From the NCBI GenBank assembly GCA_944382925.1, contig CALWNX010000025.1:1-51460 (forward strand): a stretch of 51,460 bases of DNA, given 5' to 3'. The position numbers were made by a program, and so were the translations under genes. The stretch comes from an uncultured Clostridia bacterium (GTDB taxonomy: Bacteria > Bacillota > Clostridia > Peptostreptococcales > Anaerovoracaceae). Below, piece after piece: positions 37,085-46,428 of the stretch; position 1 is the stretch's first letter, and each line of letters starts with the position of its first letter. The notes below the pieces were generated by a model. The model saw only the letters and a list, made by a program, of their open reading frames with translations. It had not been told where the DNA came from and ran no database searches.

Positions 37085-37639
37085 ATGAGCGAGATCATAA
37101 GATTCACTAAAGAGGATACAATACTTGTCATCATAGATATGCAGGAGCGGCTGCTGCCGGCCATGTGCGAGCGCGAGCGCACGGAGGATCACACCCTGCG
37201 GCTGGTGCGCGGGCTCAATGTGCTGGGCGTTCCCAAGCTGGTCACCACGCAGTACGCCAGGGGACTGGGGCAGACGGTTGAAACGCTGGCCGCAGAGCTT
37301 GCAGACTGCCCGATCTTTGACAAGACGGCTTTCAGCGCCTACAAAGACGAGGCTTTCCGCGCGGCTCTGGAAAAGACCGGCCGCAAAACCGTAATTCTCA
37401 GCGGCGTGGAGGCGCACGTATGCGTGCTGCAGACCGCGCTCGATCTGATCGAACACGGCTACCGGGTGGCGCTGGCCATGGACTGCGTCAGCTCCAGAGC
37501 GGCCGAAAGCGTGCGCATAGCCGAAAAGACGCTGATGGCGGCAGGCGCCGTGCTGACGAGCTGCGAGAGCATTCTCTTCGAGCTTCTGGGCAGCGCTAAA
37601 GCGCCTGAATTCAAACAGATTTCTGCGATAGTAAAATAG
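37085..37639 (+). CDS. isochorismatase-family hydrolase
   Basis: Starts at MSEIIRFTKEDTILVIIDMQ (GAGGAGG SD). VILSGVEAHVCVLQTALDL contains the catalytic Cys motif. Confidence 0.8.
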   Translation: MSEIIRFTKEDTILVIIDMQERLLPAMCERERTEDHTLRLVRGLNVLGVPKLVTTQYARGLGQTVETLAAELADCPIFDKTAFSAYKDEAFRAALEKTGRKTVILSGVEAHVCVLQTALDLIEHGYRVALAMDCVSSRAAESVRIAEKTLMAAGAVLTSCESILFELLGSAKAPEFKQISAIVK

Positions 37640-37646
37640 GGGTATC

Positions 37647-38594
37647 ATGGTATTAGCGAACGACTTTGACAATTTGACAGATAAAGATATAGAACTTCTG
37701 AACACTTACTTTGACGGCTTTGACTATCAGTCGTCGAGCCACACTTTTCTGGCCAACTACATCTGGCGCAACACGCACAAGCTTTCCTGGCAGATCGTGG
37801 ACGGCTATCTTTTCGTGGCCGGCCTGGGAAACACCGAGCCGGAGGAAGAGGAGTATTTTGCTTCCTTCCCGCTGACTTGCGATGGCAGCTATGAGCCGCA
37901 GCGCGTGCGCACGGCCGTCGCCAAGGTGAAGGAGATTTTCGCCGGCAAGGGGCAGGAATTTCACATGGGACTGGTGCCCGCTCCGCTGGTGCCTGCCTTT
38001 CGGGAAGCCTTCGGTGGCGAGGCGGAGCTGACGCACGACCGCGACGACGACGATTACGTTTACCTCAAGAGCGATCTGGTGACGCTGGGCGGCCGCAAGC
38101 TGCATCAGAAGAAAAACCATCTCGATTATTTCCTGCGCAACACGGAATTCACTTACGAGGAAGCGACGCCGGAGATGGTGCCGGAGATCATGGATTATGT
38201 CTACAGCAAGAACGAGTACAAGCTGGGCGAAACGCCGGAGGAGTGGAAGACGATCCTGGAGATGGAGACGGTCGCCATCGGCGAATTGCTCAAGTTCGTG
38301 GGCAAGGGCCTGCTTTCTGGTGTGATCAGGATCGGCGGCAAGATCGAGGCGGTGACCCTGGGCGAATTTGCCCGCACGAACAGCCGCGAAACCGTCATCG
38401 TACACGTGGAAAAGGCCGACGACCGCATACGCGGGCTCTATCAGGCGATCAACAACGAATTCTGCAAGCGTCTGCCGCCGGAGACGATCTACGTCAACCG
38501 CGAGGAGGACATGGGTCTTGAGAATCTCCGCCAGACTAAGCTTTCCTACAAGCCGTACAAGCTGGCGGAAAAATTCGCCGTCACTTTCAGATAG
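37647..38594 (+). CDS. DUF2156 (lysyl-PG-synthase C-terminal-like, GNAT fold) protein
   Basis: 315 aa. N-terminal pattern typical of the family (LNTYFDGFDYQSSSHTFLANYIWRNTHKLSW). Confidence 0.7.
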   Translation: MVLANDFDNLTDKDIELLNTYFDGFDYQSSSHTFLANYIWRNTHKLSWQIVDGYLFVAGLGNTEPEEEEYFASFPLTCDGSYEPQRVRTAVAKVKEIFAGKGQEFHMGLVPAPLVPAFREAFGGEAELTHDRDDDDYVYLKSDLVTLGGRKLHQKKNHLDYFLRNTEFTYEEATPEMVPEIMDYVYSKNEYKLGETPEEWKTILEMETVAIGELLKFVGKGLLSGVIRIGGKIEAVTLGEFARTNSRETVIVHVEKADDRIRGLYQAINNEFCKRLPPETIYVNREEDMGLENLRQTKLSYKPYKLAEKFAVTFR

Positions 38595-38685
38595 GTTCTT
38601 TCTGACGGCTGACCGCTGGCCGGCCGCCTGGCTGATTGGCCGTCGGCCGCGTGATTGTTAATTTAACTACTTTCGCCGTAGCCCT

Positions 38686-38713
38686 TTGAATTTAGACATC
38701 GTTATGATAAAAT
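38686..38713 (+). promoter_or_regulatory. candidate sigma-A promoter of the thiolase gene
   Basis: TTGAAT, 16-nt spacer, TAAAAT with an extended TG (TGATAAAAT). Confidence 0.4.
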
Positions 38714-38810
38714 AGCTATGATGGAAGTTTGCGGCGCCAAACTGGCGGCAGATTTCAGACAAAAGTATGGCATAAGGTAAATCAAATATTATCTTAAGGA
38801 GGATATACGA

Positions 38811-39989
38811 ATGAAAGAAGTTGTAATCGTAAGCGCTGTAAGAACACCTATGGGCAGCTTTGGCGGGTCACTGAAGAATGTTCCTACCAGAACGCTGGGA
38901 GCCATCGTTATCAAAGAGGCTATCAAGAGAGCCGGCATCAAGCCTGAGATGGTTGAAGAGGTTATCATGGGTACGGTACTGCAGGGAGCCCTGGGCCAGA
39001 ACGTAGCCAGACAGATGACTCTTGACGCGGGACTGCCTAAGGAAGTGCCTGCGATGACTATCAATAAAGTCTGCGGTTCCGGTCTGAGAGCCATCGAGCT
39101 GGCTGCCCAGATCATCAAGGCCGGAGACGCCGACATCCTGGTTGCCGGTGGCGCTGAGAACATGTCCGCTGCCGCCTATGCGATCCCTTCCGCCAGATGG
39201 GGAGCCAGAATGAACGACACCAAGCTGATCGACATGATGACCAACGACGGTCTGACCGACGCTTTCTATCATTATCACATGGGCATCACTGCTGAGAACG
39301 TAGCTGAGCAGTGGGGCATCACCAGAGAAGAGCTGGACGAGTTCTCGACCGTTTCCCAGAACAGAGCTGAGGCTGCTATCAAGGCCGGCAAGTTCAAGGA
39401 CGAGATCGTTCCGGTAGAGATCCCGCAGAAGAAGGGCGATCCAGTCGTATTCGACACCGACGAATTCCCGAGATTCGGCACTACCATCGACAAGCTGGCC
39501 AAGCTGAAGCCTGCTTTCAAGAAGGACGGTATCGTAACTGCCGGTAACGCTTCCGGTATCAACGACGCCGGCGCTGCCGTAGTAGTAATGTCCAAGGAAA
39601 AGGCTGACGAGCTGGGCATCAAGCCGATGTGCAAGATCGTTTCCTACGCTTCCGCAGGCGTTGAGCCTTCCATCATGGGCGTAGGTCCTGTTCCTGCTTC
39701 CGAAAAGGCTCTCAAGAAGGCGGGCCTGACCATCAAGGATATGGATCTGGTAGAAGCTAACGAAGCCTTCGCCGCTCAGTCCCTGGCTGTTAGAAAGGAC
39801 CTCGGTCTGGACCCTGAAAAGACCAACGTTAACGGCGGAGCCGTTGCCCTCGGTCACCCGATCGGAGCTTCCGGCTGCAGAATCCTCATCACTCTGCTCT
39901 ACGAGATGATCAAGAGAGATTCCAAGTACGGCCTGGCCACCCTCTGCATCGGCGGCGGCATGGGAACTTCCCTCATCATCGAAAGATAA
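38811..39989 (+). CDS. acetyl-CoA C-acetyltransferase (thiolase)
   Basis: 392 aa. [19 protein letters not shown], active-site [33 protein letters not shown]. Confidence 0.95.
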   Translation: MKEVVIVSAVRTPMGSFGGSLKNVPTRTLGAIVIKEAIKRAGIKPEMVEEVIMGTVLQGALGQNVARQMTLDAGLPKEVPAMTINKVCGSGLRAIELAAQIIKAGDADILVAGGAENMSAAAYAIPSARWGARMNDTKLIDMMTNDGLTDAFYHYHMGITAENVAEQWGITREELDEFSTVSQNRAEAAIKAGKFKDEIVPVEIPQKKGDPVVFDTDEFPRFGTTIDKLAKLKPAFKKDGIVTAGNASGINDAGAAVVVMSKEKADELGIKPMCKIVSYASAGVEPSIMGVGPVPASEKALKKAGLTIKDMDLVEANEAFAAQSLAVRKDLGLDPEKTNVNGGAVALGHPIGASGCRILITLLYEMIKRDSKYGLATLCIGGGMGTSLIIER

Positions 39990-40072
39990 TCAAGCGACAG
40001 CCACAAGGCACGCAGCAACCGCGGCCCGGCTCGCCGGCAGGCGAGGCGGGCCGCGCTCATAATGAAGACAAA

Positions 40073-40107
40073 CCCCAGGAAGCTTCACCAAGCTTCCTGG
40101 GGTTTTC
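40073..40107 (+). terminator. intrinsic terminator after the thiolase gene
   Basis: CCCCAGGAAGCTT-CACC-AAGCTTCCTGGGG (13-bp perfect stem) followed by TTTTC. A GC-rich hairpin at 40021-40054 precedes it. Confidence 0.85.
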
Positions 40108-40180
40108 TGCTGCTCGTTTGCGGGCCGGCGGGTGCTTCGGGACGGCGCTTGCTTCTGGCCGGCGAGGGGCTTCGGGCCGG

Positions 40181-40337
40181 CAAGGGGCAGGACAAGATTT
40201 TCTTCTCTAATGCCTTTTCCTTGCGGGCTTAAGAATAAAAGTGGGCCAAGTCAGTAAGAATTTGCTTCTCAAAGCCCGTTTTTTTTGCCTTGCTTGCAGG
40301 CGCAGAATCAGCGCCGGGGAGGAGAATTCCTGTATCA
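40181..40337 (-). repeat. family-1 intergenic element, copy J (inverted, more diverged)
   Basis: The reverse complement aligns with A and H along ~155 nt (for example GGACAAGATTTTCTTCTCTAATGCCTTTTCC...AAGAATAAAAG), with the core at ~75%. Confidence 0.55.
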
Positions 40338-40339
40338 GC

Positions 40340-40424
40340 CACTCCGCACCCGCAACTGCGCCCGCCACCCGGCACTCCGCGCCCGCCGCTGCGCCCGCCG
40401 ACGCGTCCGCTACCCGGCGCCCGC
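40340..40424. repeat. GC-rich tandem repeat (~33-bp unit CACTCCGCRCCCGCNRCTGCGCCCGCC..., ~2.5 copies)
   Basis: Direct reading. A similar ~34-bp two-copy array (GGCCGGCGRGKGCTTCGGG...) lies at 40119-40190 on the other side of family-1 copy J. Confidence 0.7.
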
Positions 40425-40531
40425 AAATCATCTACCCATTTCTATTCGGCCATGATATAATTTTGGCAAACATGTCACAAAACAGCCGCCCGCTTGTTTA
40501 ATATATAGAGAAGAGAAAGGAGGGAGCAGGT

Positions 40532-41149
40532 GTGAAGACGATTGGCAGCCGCCGCCACCGCCCGGAGCGAGGGCAAAGCGCCGAGCAAGATCGCCGCCCG
40601 CGCCCCGGCCGCCGGCAAAGCGCTGAACAGGGCCACCGCCCGGAGCGCGGGCGCATCGCGGAAATGTACGAGCGCTACTATAACCGGCTGATGGTCATCG
40701 CCTGCTCCTACACAGGCGAGCGCGCGGCGGCCGAGGATCTGGTGCAGGAGGCCTTTCTCAAGGCGATCCTTTCTTACCGGGCAGAAGGCAGCTTCGTCAG
40801 CTGGGCGGGCAAGGTAATCAGAAACGACTATTTCAACAGCCGCAGACGCGAGCAGCGCCTGCAAGCTGGAGACATCGGCGAAATGCCGCTTGAGGCCGGC
40901 GTAGATCTTCTGCAGGACTACATTGAAAAAGAGGAGCGGGTGAGAATGGCGGCGATGATAGCCTCGCTTCCTGAACGGTACCGGGATGTGATGATCGACA
41001 GCGTGTACCTGCAGGAAGACAATAAGACGATCGCCGCTTCCCGCGGTATCAGCGAAGAAAATGTGCGCCAGCTCAAGTCACGGGCTAAGAAAATGCTCGT
41101 GCAGATGAAAGAAAAAGACGAAGGGGAAAATGAAGGAGGGCGAAGATGA
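40532..41149 (+). CDS. ECF-type sigma-70 factor with a 44-aa Arg/Pro/Glu-rich N-terminal extension
   Basis: GTG at 40532 preceded by a strong SD (AAGGAGGG, 7-nt spacing). The core begins near MYERYYNRL (40664), which has no SD. Region 2 is EDLVQEAFLKAI; region 4 is IAASRGISEENVRQLKSRAKK. Confidence 0.8.
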   Translation: MKTIGSRRHRPERGQSAEQDRRPRPGRRQSAEQGHRPERGRIAEMYERYYNRLMVIACSYTGERAAAEDLVQEAFLKAILSYRAEGSFVSWAGKVIRNDYFNSRRREQRLQAGDIGEMPLEAGVDLLQDYIEKEERVRMAAMIASLPERYRDVMIDSVYLQEDNKTIAASRGISEENVRQLKSRAKKMLVQMKEKDEGENEGGRR

Positions 41150-42132
41150 AAAATATAGATGAAAAGCCGAGAACAGCGGCTGACGATTTCGACAGATATA
41201 TAGAAAAGACCATCAATCTGAGGATCAGAAAGATAGCGCTGCAAACCTTTGCCTGCATCATCGCAGCGCTGGTGCTCATCTTTTTCGCTCTCAGCCCGCT
41301 GATGAACCTGGCCTTTCCGAACGCCGCCAAGCTCAACGAAAGCGAAGACGGGCAGGAAAGCAGGCTGATGGAGATCATGAGCGCCTATTGCCAGACTCTG
41401 TATCCCAACAACGAAGTCTTTTCCCTCGAGGTGGAAAAAGAAGGCTTCGGCTGCTATACGCTGCACCTGCAGATCATCGATCACAGCGTTCCTAGCTTCA
41501 GCGGCCTGAAAAATGTGGATATGTCCATGAAGCTTGGCCGGCTCTCGGTCAAGGACGACCCGCAGCTGCTGATGACCTTCAAGCTGGGCAAATTCTACAA
41601 TCAGTACAGCGAGGATGTGTTCGCACCGCCGGAAGAGGCGCTCGCCGCGCTGGCCGCGCTGCCGGACGAAAGCTTCGTCTATGTAAACGTTACGCAGCAG
41701 GAAGCCGCCGCGGTCACGGAGGTGGCGGAAAAAGCCGGCGGACTGCTTGAGTGGCTGCAGATTTACGTGCCGGGAGACGGTTTTCAGCCGGGGGTGCGCA
41801 TAAACTTTGAAAGCGGCCGGGAAGCTTCCGGGCCGCAGGACGGCGGACGCCAGGCGCCGAACGAGGCGGAGCTTAGGGAAAGATGCCTTGAAAATCTGCG
41901 CTTGCTGGACGAAAACTACGATTTGTGGAAGGATATGGGTCTCTACAGCAATTCCACCGTTTTCGGCGCGCGCACAGATCTCTTGAGCGAGCTGATCGGA
42001 AAAATCGAAAACGCAGACAGCCTGCAGACGAAAAATTACTGCCTGGCCGGCAGTAAAGAAGAAGTTCTCGCCTATCTGCAAGATACGGAGGGCTGTTATC
42101 TGAGCGTAGAAAACAGCCCGGCCGTGTATTAA
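41146..42132 (+). CDS. putative anti-sigma factor (single-pass membrane protein with ~250-aa extracytoplasmic domain)
   Basis: Start overlaps the sigma gene stop by 4 nt. TM helix FACIIAALVLIFFALSPL. Function inferred from position only. Confidence 0.5.
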   Translation: MKNIDEKPRTAADDFDRYIEKTINLRIRKIALQTFACIIAALVLIFFALSPLMNLAFPNAAKLNESEDGQESRLMEIMSAYCQTLYPNNEVFSLEVEKEGFGCYTLHLQIIDHSVPSFSGLKNVDMSMKLGRLSVKDDPQLLMTFKLGKFYNQYSEDVFAPPEEALAALAALPDESFVYVNVTQQEAAAVTEVAEKAGGLLEWLQIYVPGDGFQPGVRINFESGREASGPQDGGRQAPNEAELRERCLENLRLLDENYDLWKDMGLYSNSTVFGARTDLLSELIGKIENADSLQTKNYCLAGSKEEVLAYLQDTEGCYLSVENSPAVY

Positions 42133-42148
42133 ATGGCAGGCGCGAGAA

Positions 42149-43015
42149 TCAGGCCTTGCCGAGATATTCCTCCAGCGTCAGCCCCTGGCTCATGATTTCC
42201 TGAGCGGCCTCGACGCCAACGTAGCGCAGATGCCATGGCTCATAGGCGTAGCCTGTGATATCGGTCTTGTCCTTCAGGTAGCGTACGATGAAGCCGTATT
42301 CACTGCAGTGATCGTTGATCCACTGGCCCTCCGGATAGTTGATAAAATCCTGGCTCAGCCCGTAGTTCATGGATTTTGACGTGACATCGACGGCCCAGCC
42401 GGTATGATGCTCACTTCTGCCGGGATAAGCCGAACGCAGATTAGCCCACTCGGCTCCATACGTGGCGACGTAGTTATGGTAGATCGAAACCTGCGTGTCG
42501 TATGAGCGGTACGTCGAGCAGATCATAAAATTAATCCCCTCATTTTTGGCGTCTTCGAGCATTCGCAGATAGGCGTCGTAAGCCTCGCGTTTGAAATATA
42601 GGCCCTGATTAGTAGAAAGCGAGCCGTCGACCGGAACCATGTCAGTCGGCACGTAATCCGCTGAAACAGCGTGCTGCTTGTTGACGAGCACCAGAAGATT
42701 GCCGTTGTCGCTTGTAAGCGTATCAAGAGGCTCAGGTATGCCATAAGCGGTCGAGCCGGTTGGCACGGCAGGCTCCTTCTGCTGTTCTTCATATTCTGCC
42801 ACGCGCTCTTCTATTTCTTCCATAGCACTTTCGCGCACGCTTGCCGCCGCATAAAACAGCTCCTTCAGGCAGCTTGCAGGCACTCCCTCTGCGCTTTTTT
42901 CGGCGCCGCCGGTGCTTTCTGAAGAAGCCTCCGTCTGAGCGTTTGTGCTACAGCTGCACAGAGCTAATGCCATTATCGCACAGCACAGGATTATCGTTTT
43001 TCTCAGATCTTTCAT
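42149..43015 (-). CDS. D-alanyl-D-alanine carboxypeptidase family (VanY / peptidase M15B) lipoprotein
   Basis: Starts at MKDLRKTIILCCAIMALALCSCS (ATG 43015, lipobox). SEHHTGWAVD and EPWHLRYVG zinc-site motifs. The longer track ORF (to 43276) has no supporting SD. Confidence 0.8.
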   Translation of the reverse strand: MKDLRKTIILCCAIMALALCSCSTNAQTEASSESTGGAEKSAEGVPASCLKELFYAAASVRESAMEEIEERVAEYEEQQKEPAVPTGSTAYGIPEPLDTLTSDNGNLLVLVNKQHAVSADYVPTDMVPVDGSLSTNQGLYFKREAYDAYLRMLEDAKNEGINFMICSTYRSYDTQVSIYHNYVATYGAEWANLRSAYPGRSEHHTGWAVDVTSKSMNYGLSQDFINYPEGQWINDHCSEYGFIVRYLKDKTDITGYAYEPWHLRYVGVEAAQEIMSQGLTLEEYLGKA

Positions 43016-43100
43016 CACACGTTTCCTTTCTATGCTTACAGTATAATTTCTTTCTGCTGTTCTTGTCAATTCCCTGATATATAAAGGCGGATAAATCTGC

Positions 43101-43129
43101 TGGATAAATCGCGCCGCAGATGATATAAT
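43101..43129 (+). promoter_or_regulatory. candidate sigma-A promoter of glnS
   Basis: TGGATA, 17-nt spacer, TATAAT with an extended TG (TGATATAAT), 31 nt upstream of the ATG. Confidence 0.5.
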
Positions 43130-43159
43130 CCTAAATAGAACAGATTTGGAGGAAATAAA

Positions 43160-44794
43160 ATGGCTGACAATTTTATTCAGGAAATCATCGAAAAAGACCT
43201 GCAAACAAAAAAATACGGAGAAAAGGTGCACACGCGCTTCCCGCCGGAGCCGAACGGATATTTGCATATCGGACATGCCAAGTCGATATGCCTTAATTTT
43301 TCCACCGCAGCCAAGTACGGCGGCAAGTGCAATTTGAGATATGACGATACCAATCCTGTCAAGGAGGATGTCGAATACGTCGACGCCATCGAGGAGGACG
43401 TAAGGTGGCTGGGCTTCGAGTGGGATCAGCGCCTGTGGGCCTCGGACTACTTTGAGCAGATGTACGAGGCGGCTGTCGAGCTGATTAAGAAAGGGAAGGC
43501 TTTCGTCTGCGATCTGAGCGGCGAGGAAATCAGGGCTTACCGCGGCACGCTAACCGAGCCGGGCAAGGAGAGCCCGTACCGCAACAGGAGCATAGAAGAA
43601 AATCTCCGCCTTTTTGAGGAAATGAAGGCCGGCAGATACGGCGACGGCGAGAAGGTTCTCCGCGCCAAGATCGACATGGCCTCGCCTAATATCAATATGA
43701 GAGATCCTGTCATCTACAGGATCGCCCACGCTTCGCACCACAACACCGGCGATAAATGGTGCATCTATCCGATGTACGACTTTGCCCATCCGATCGAGGA
43801 CGCCATCGAAGGCATCACGCACTCGATCTGCACGCTGGAGTTTGAAGACCACCGTCCGCTTTACGACTGGGTGCTCAGAGAGGTGGGCTGGTGGCCGCAG
43901 CCGCCGCAGCAGATCGAATTCGCCCGCCTTAACCTGACCAACACTGTGATGTCCAAGCGCTATCTCAAGGCGCTGGTCGAAGAAGGGGCCGTTGAGGACT
44001 GGGACGATCCGCGCATGCCTACCATCGCCGGCATCCGCCGCCGCGGCTATACGCCGGAGGCAGTGCGCAATTTCTGCGAAGCCATCGGCGTGGCCAAGGC
44101 CAACAGCACGGTCGACATTTCCCTGCTCGAACACTGCGTGCGCGAAGACCTGAAAGAAAAGGTGGAGAGCCGCAACGTCATCTTCGACCCGATCAAGGTC
44201 ATCATCACCAACTATCCGCCGGGTCAGTCGGAGCTCTGCGAGATCGAAAACAACGCGCAGGCGCCGGAAATGGGCACGCGCCAGGTCAGCTTCTCCCGCG
44301 AGCTGTGGATCGACGGCGCAGACTTCATGGAAGAACCGCCGAAGAAATATTTCCGCCTCTTCCCGGGCAACGAGGTGCGCCTCAAGGGCGCGTATTTCGT
44401 GACCTGCACGGACTTTGTCAAGAACGAGGACGGCAGCATCAAGGAAATCCACTGCACCTACGACCCGGAGACGAGAAGCGGCAACGGCTTTGAAGGCCGC
44501 AAGGTCAAGGGCACGATCCACTTCGTAGACGCCGCCACGGCCGTACCTGTCACGGTGCGTCAGTTCGACTACCTGTTCGTCGAAAACGAGCAGGGCGAGA
44601 TGGTCGCCAATCCTGATAACATCAAGGTTTCAACCGCCTACGCCGAAGCCTCGCTGGCCGCCGCCGAAAAAGGCGAGCGCTTCCAGTTCTTCCGCCACGG
44701 CTATTACGTGGCCGACAGCAAGCTGCACACTTCTGAGAAGCCGGTCTTCAATGAGATCGTCGGCCTCAAGAGCTCGTGGAAGCCGGCCAAATAA
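43160..44794 (+). CDS. glnS: glutaminyl-tRNA synthetase
   Basis: 544 aa. HIGHAKS and VMSKR class I motifs, with overall GlnRS length and architecture. Confidence 0.95.
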   Translation: MADNFIQEIIEKDLQTKKYGEKVHTRFPPEPNGYLHIGHAKSICLNFSTAAKYGGKCNLRYDDTNPVKEDVEYVDAIEEDVRWLGFEWDQRLWASDYFEQMYEAAVELIKKGKAFVCDLSGEEIRAYRGTLTEPGKESPYRNRSIEENLRLFEEMKAGRYGDGEKVLRAKIDMASPNINMRDPVIYRIAHASHHNTGDKWCIYPMYDFAHPIEDAIEGITHSICTLEFEDHRPLYDWVLREVGWWPQPPQQIEFARLNLTNTVMSKRYLKALVEEGAVEDWDDPRMPTIAGIRRRGYTPEAVRNFCEAIGVAKANSTVDISLLEHCVREDLKEKVESRNVIFDPIKVIITNYPPGQSELCEIENNAQAPEMGTRQVSFSRELWIDGADFMEEPPKKYFRLFPGNEVRLKGAYFVTCTDFVKNEDGSIKEIHCTYDPETRSGNGFEGRKVKGTIHFVDAATAVPVTVRQFDYLFVENEQGEMVANPDNIKVSTAYAEASLAAAEKGERFQFFRHGYYVADSKLHTSEKPVFNEIVGLKSSWKPAK

Positions 44795-44820
44795 GCGTTC
44801 TTCATTGTAAATACGGCCCG

Positions 44821-44946
44821 CCGCGCCGCGCCGCTGACAAAAATTGCGCCCGGCCGAAGCCGGCCGCGCTCGGATGAAGCCGCCTGCGCCGCGCCGCTGA
44901 CAAAAATTGCGCTCGCCGAAGCCGGCCGCGCCGCGCCGCTGACAAA
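44821..44946. repeat. GC-rich repeat array containing CGCGCCGCTGACAAAAATTGCGC (2 full copies + 1 partial)
   Basis: GCTGACAA starts at 44833, 44896 and 44938. Intervening CCGAAGCCGGCCGCG blocks are also repeated. Confidence 0.75.
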
Positions 44947-44989
44947 TTTTGAAATTTTTTTGAAAAATGTCACGAAATTCAGGTAAAAT

Positions 44990-45038
44990 CGGCTGAATTC
45001 TTTTGAAAAAGACTAAAAACTGTAAAAATTCGCTTATT
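44990..45038 (+). promoter_or_regulatory. second copy of the CGGCTGAATTC-N19-CTGTAAAAATT motif, ~340-380 bp upstream of P1
   Basis: CGGCTGAATTC at 44990-45000 and CTGTAAAAATT at 45020-45030, compared with 47856-66 and 47885-95 (spacers 19 and 18 nt). Confidence 0.35.
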
Positions 45039-45371
45039 TTTTAAAAAATATCAGCAAATTCGTCGATTTTGCTGACAAAATTTTAGAAAAAACATATTTT
45101 TTACAACTTTCACTTCAGGTTACCCTGATCAGAGCACCATTTCTGGCCATTTGCTGACAAATTTCGGGACAATATGAAAAAAAGTCAGCTCTGCCGCGCC
45201 CGTCTGCTGACAAAACCGGCGCAGGCCGCACCCGGCCGCCGCGCCCATCTGCGGCACCCGGCCACACCCCGCCGCGTCCGGCCGCGGCTTCGGAAAGAGC
45301 CTGCAGAAAAATGAAATTATCCATGCAAAATCGCAGCGCAAGCCACTTGGCATGCAATCCGCGTTTATAAT

Positions 45372-45388
45372 TGGCATGTAATTTGCAT
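45372..45388 (+). promoter_or_regulatory. sigma-54 (-24/-12) promoter P1
   Basis: TGGCAT-GTAAT-TTGCAT matches TGGCAC-N5-TTGCW. GG (45373-74) and GC (45385-86) are at canonical spacing. Lies 73 nt upstream of the ATG at 45460. Confidence 0.75.
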
Positions 45389-45459
45389 TTATTAAATTGC
45401 AAGAACTAAAATCAACATACAGCTACCTTTGTTATCAGAGGTAAATCAGGAGGTAAAAA

Positions 45460-46404
45460 ATGAACAAAGAAAAATTTGACATCGATGCGATCCCTGGTGA
45501 AAGATGGTTTCCGAAAGAGAGCACATTTGAAGAAGACATGACGGAATACTGGGGCGATTTCGGCGTCTGCTCCGAGGTAGACACGCTCAGGGCGGTGCTG
45601 CTGCGCCGGCCGGGCAAGGAAATCGAACATTTCGACGCTCGCGAGGTACGCTTTTCCGATGAACCGATAGATGTAGAACTGATGAGAAAACAGCACGACG
45701 AGGTCGCTCAGATATACAGAGATTTCGGCGCCAAGGTTTATTACGTGGAAAACCAGCGCGAGGACAGGCCGAACGCTATTTTCTGCCGGGACCTCATGTT
45801 CATGACCCCGGAAGGCGCGATCCTGACCAGACCTGCCATGGCGGCCAGAAGAGGCGAGGAAAGATATATTGCCGAGGCGCTGGGAAAGATCGGCGTACCG
45901 ATCGTGAGAACGATTTCCGGCGACGGCATGTTTGAAGGCGCCAACGCCATGTGGGTAGACCGCCACACCTGCGTGGTATCGACTGGCAGCCGCTGCAACA
46001 GAAGCGGCTTTGAGCAGGTGAAGTACGAGCTCGAAAGAATGGGCGTCGAGGTATGGCACATGCAGCAGCCTTACAGCAACATCCATATCGACGGCCTCAT
46101 GAGCCCGGCCAGCAACGACACCATCCTCATCCATGCGCCGCAGGTGCCTTATGACATCGTGGACATGCTGAAAAAGAAGGGCTATAAGATACTGGAAGCC
46201 CCTTCTAGAACCGAAGTCAGAGAAACCTTCGCCTGCAACTTCGTAGCGCTGGAGCCGGGCTACATCCTGATGCCGGAGGGCAGCCCTCGCACGCGCGAGC
46301 TGCTGGAAAAGAACGGCATCAAAGTCAAGACGGTCAATATTTCCGAGATCATGAAGGGCAAGGGCGCGCTGCACTGCATCACCGCTTATCTTAAGAGAGG
46401 TTAA
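45460..46404 (+). CDS. guanidino-group-modifying enzyme superfamily protein (short arginine deiminase / amidinotransferase / DDAH-like)
   Basis: 314 aa. FCRDLMF (Asp), NIHIDGLMS (His) and C-terminal GKGALHCIT (nucleophile Cys), arranged as in ADI/DDAH-fold enzymes. AGGAGG SD. Sigma-54 promoter 73 nt upstream. Confidence 0.75.
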   Translation: MNKEKFDIDAIPGERWFPKESTFEEDMTEYWGDFGVCSEVDTLRAVLLRRPGKEIEHFDAREVRFSDEPIDVELMRKQHDEVAQIYRDFGAKVYYVENQREDRPNAIFCRDLMFMTPEGAILTRPAMAARRGEERYIAEALGKIGVPIVRTISGDGMFEGANAMWVDRHTCVVSTGSRCNRSGFEQVKYELERMGVEVWHMQQPYSNIHIDGLMSPASNDTILIHAPQVPYDIVDMLKKKGYKILEAPSRTEVRETFACNFVALEPGYILMPEGSPRTRELLEKNGIKVKTVNISEIMKGKGALHCITAYLKRG

Positions 46405-46428
46405 GCGCAGCGGACAGGAGGTCAGGCT

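Noticed and set aside
43016-43276. Long N-terminal extensions of track ORFs: the VanY-like gene to 43276, patatin to 35459, MocR to 33615, the SBP from 11339, rnfD from 19829, rnfG from 20883 and isochorismatase from 37034.
   Set aside because: In each case an internal ATG has a proper SD and begins a recognisable signal peptide or conserved N-terminus. The extensions overlap neighbouring genes or intergenic repeats.
45348-45363. A second TGGCAT (TGGCATGCAATCCGCG) lies 24 bp upstream of promoter P1, with GG and GC at sigma-54 spacing.
   Set aside because: The -12 region reads CCGC rather than TTGC, so the conserved T residues are missing. The downstream element is a much better match. It is kept only as a possible weak or decoy site.
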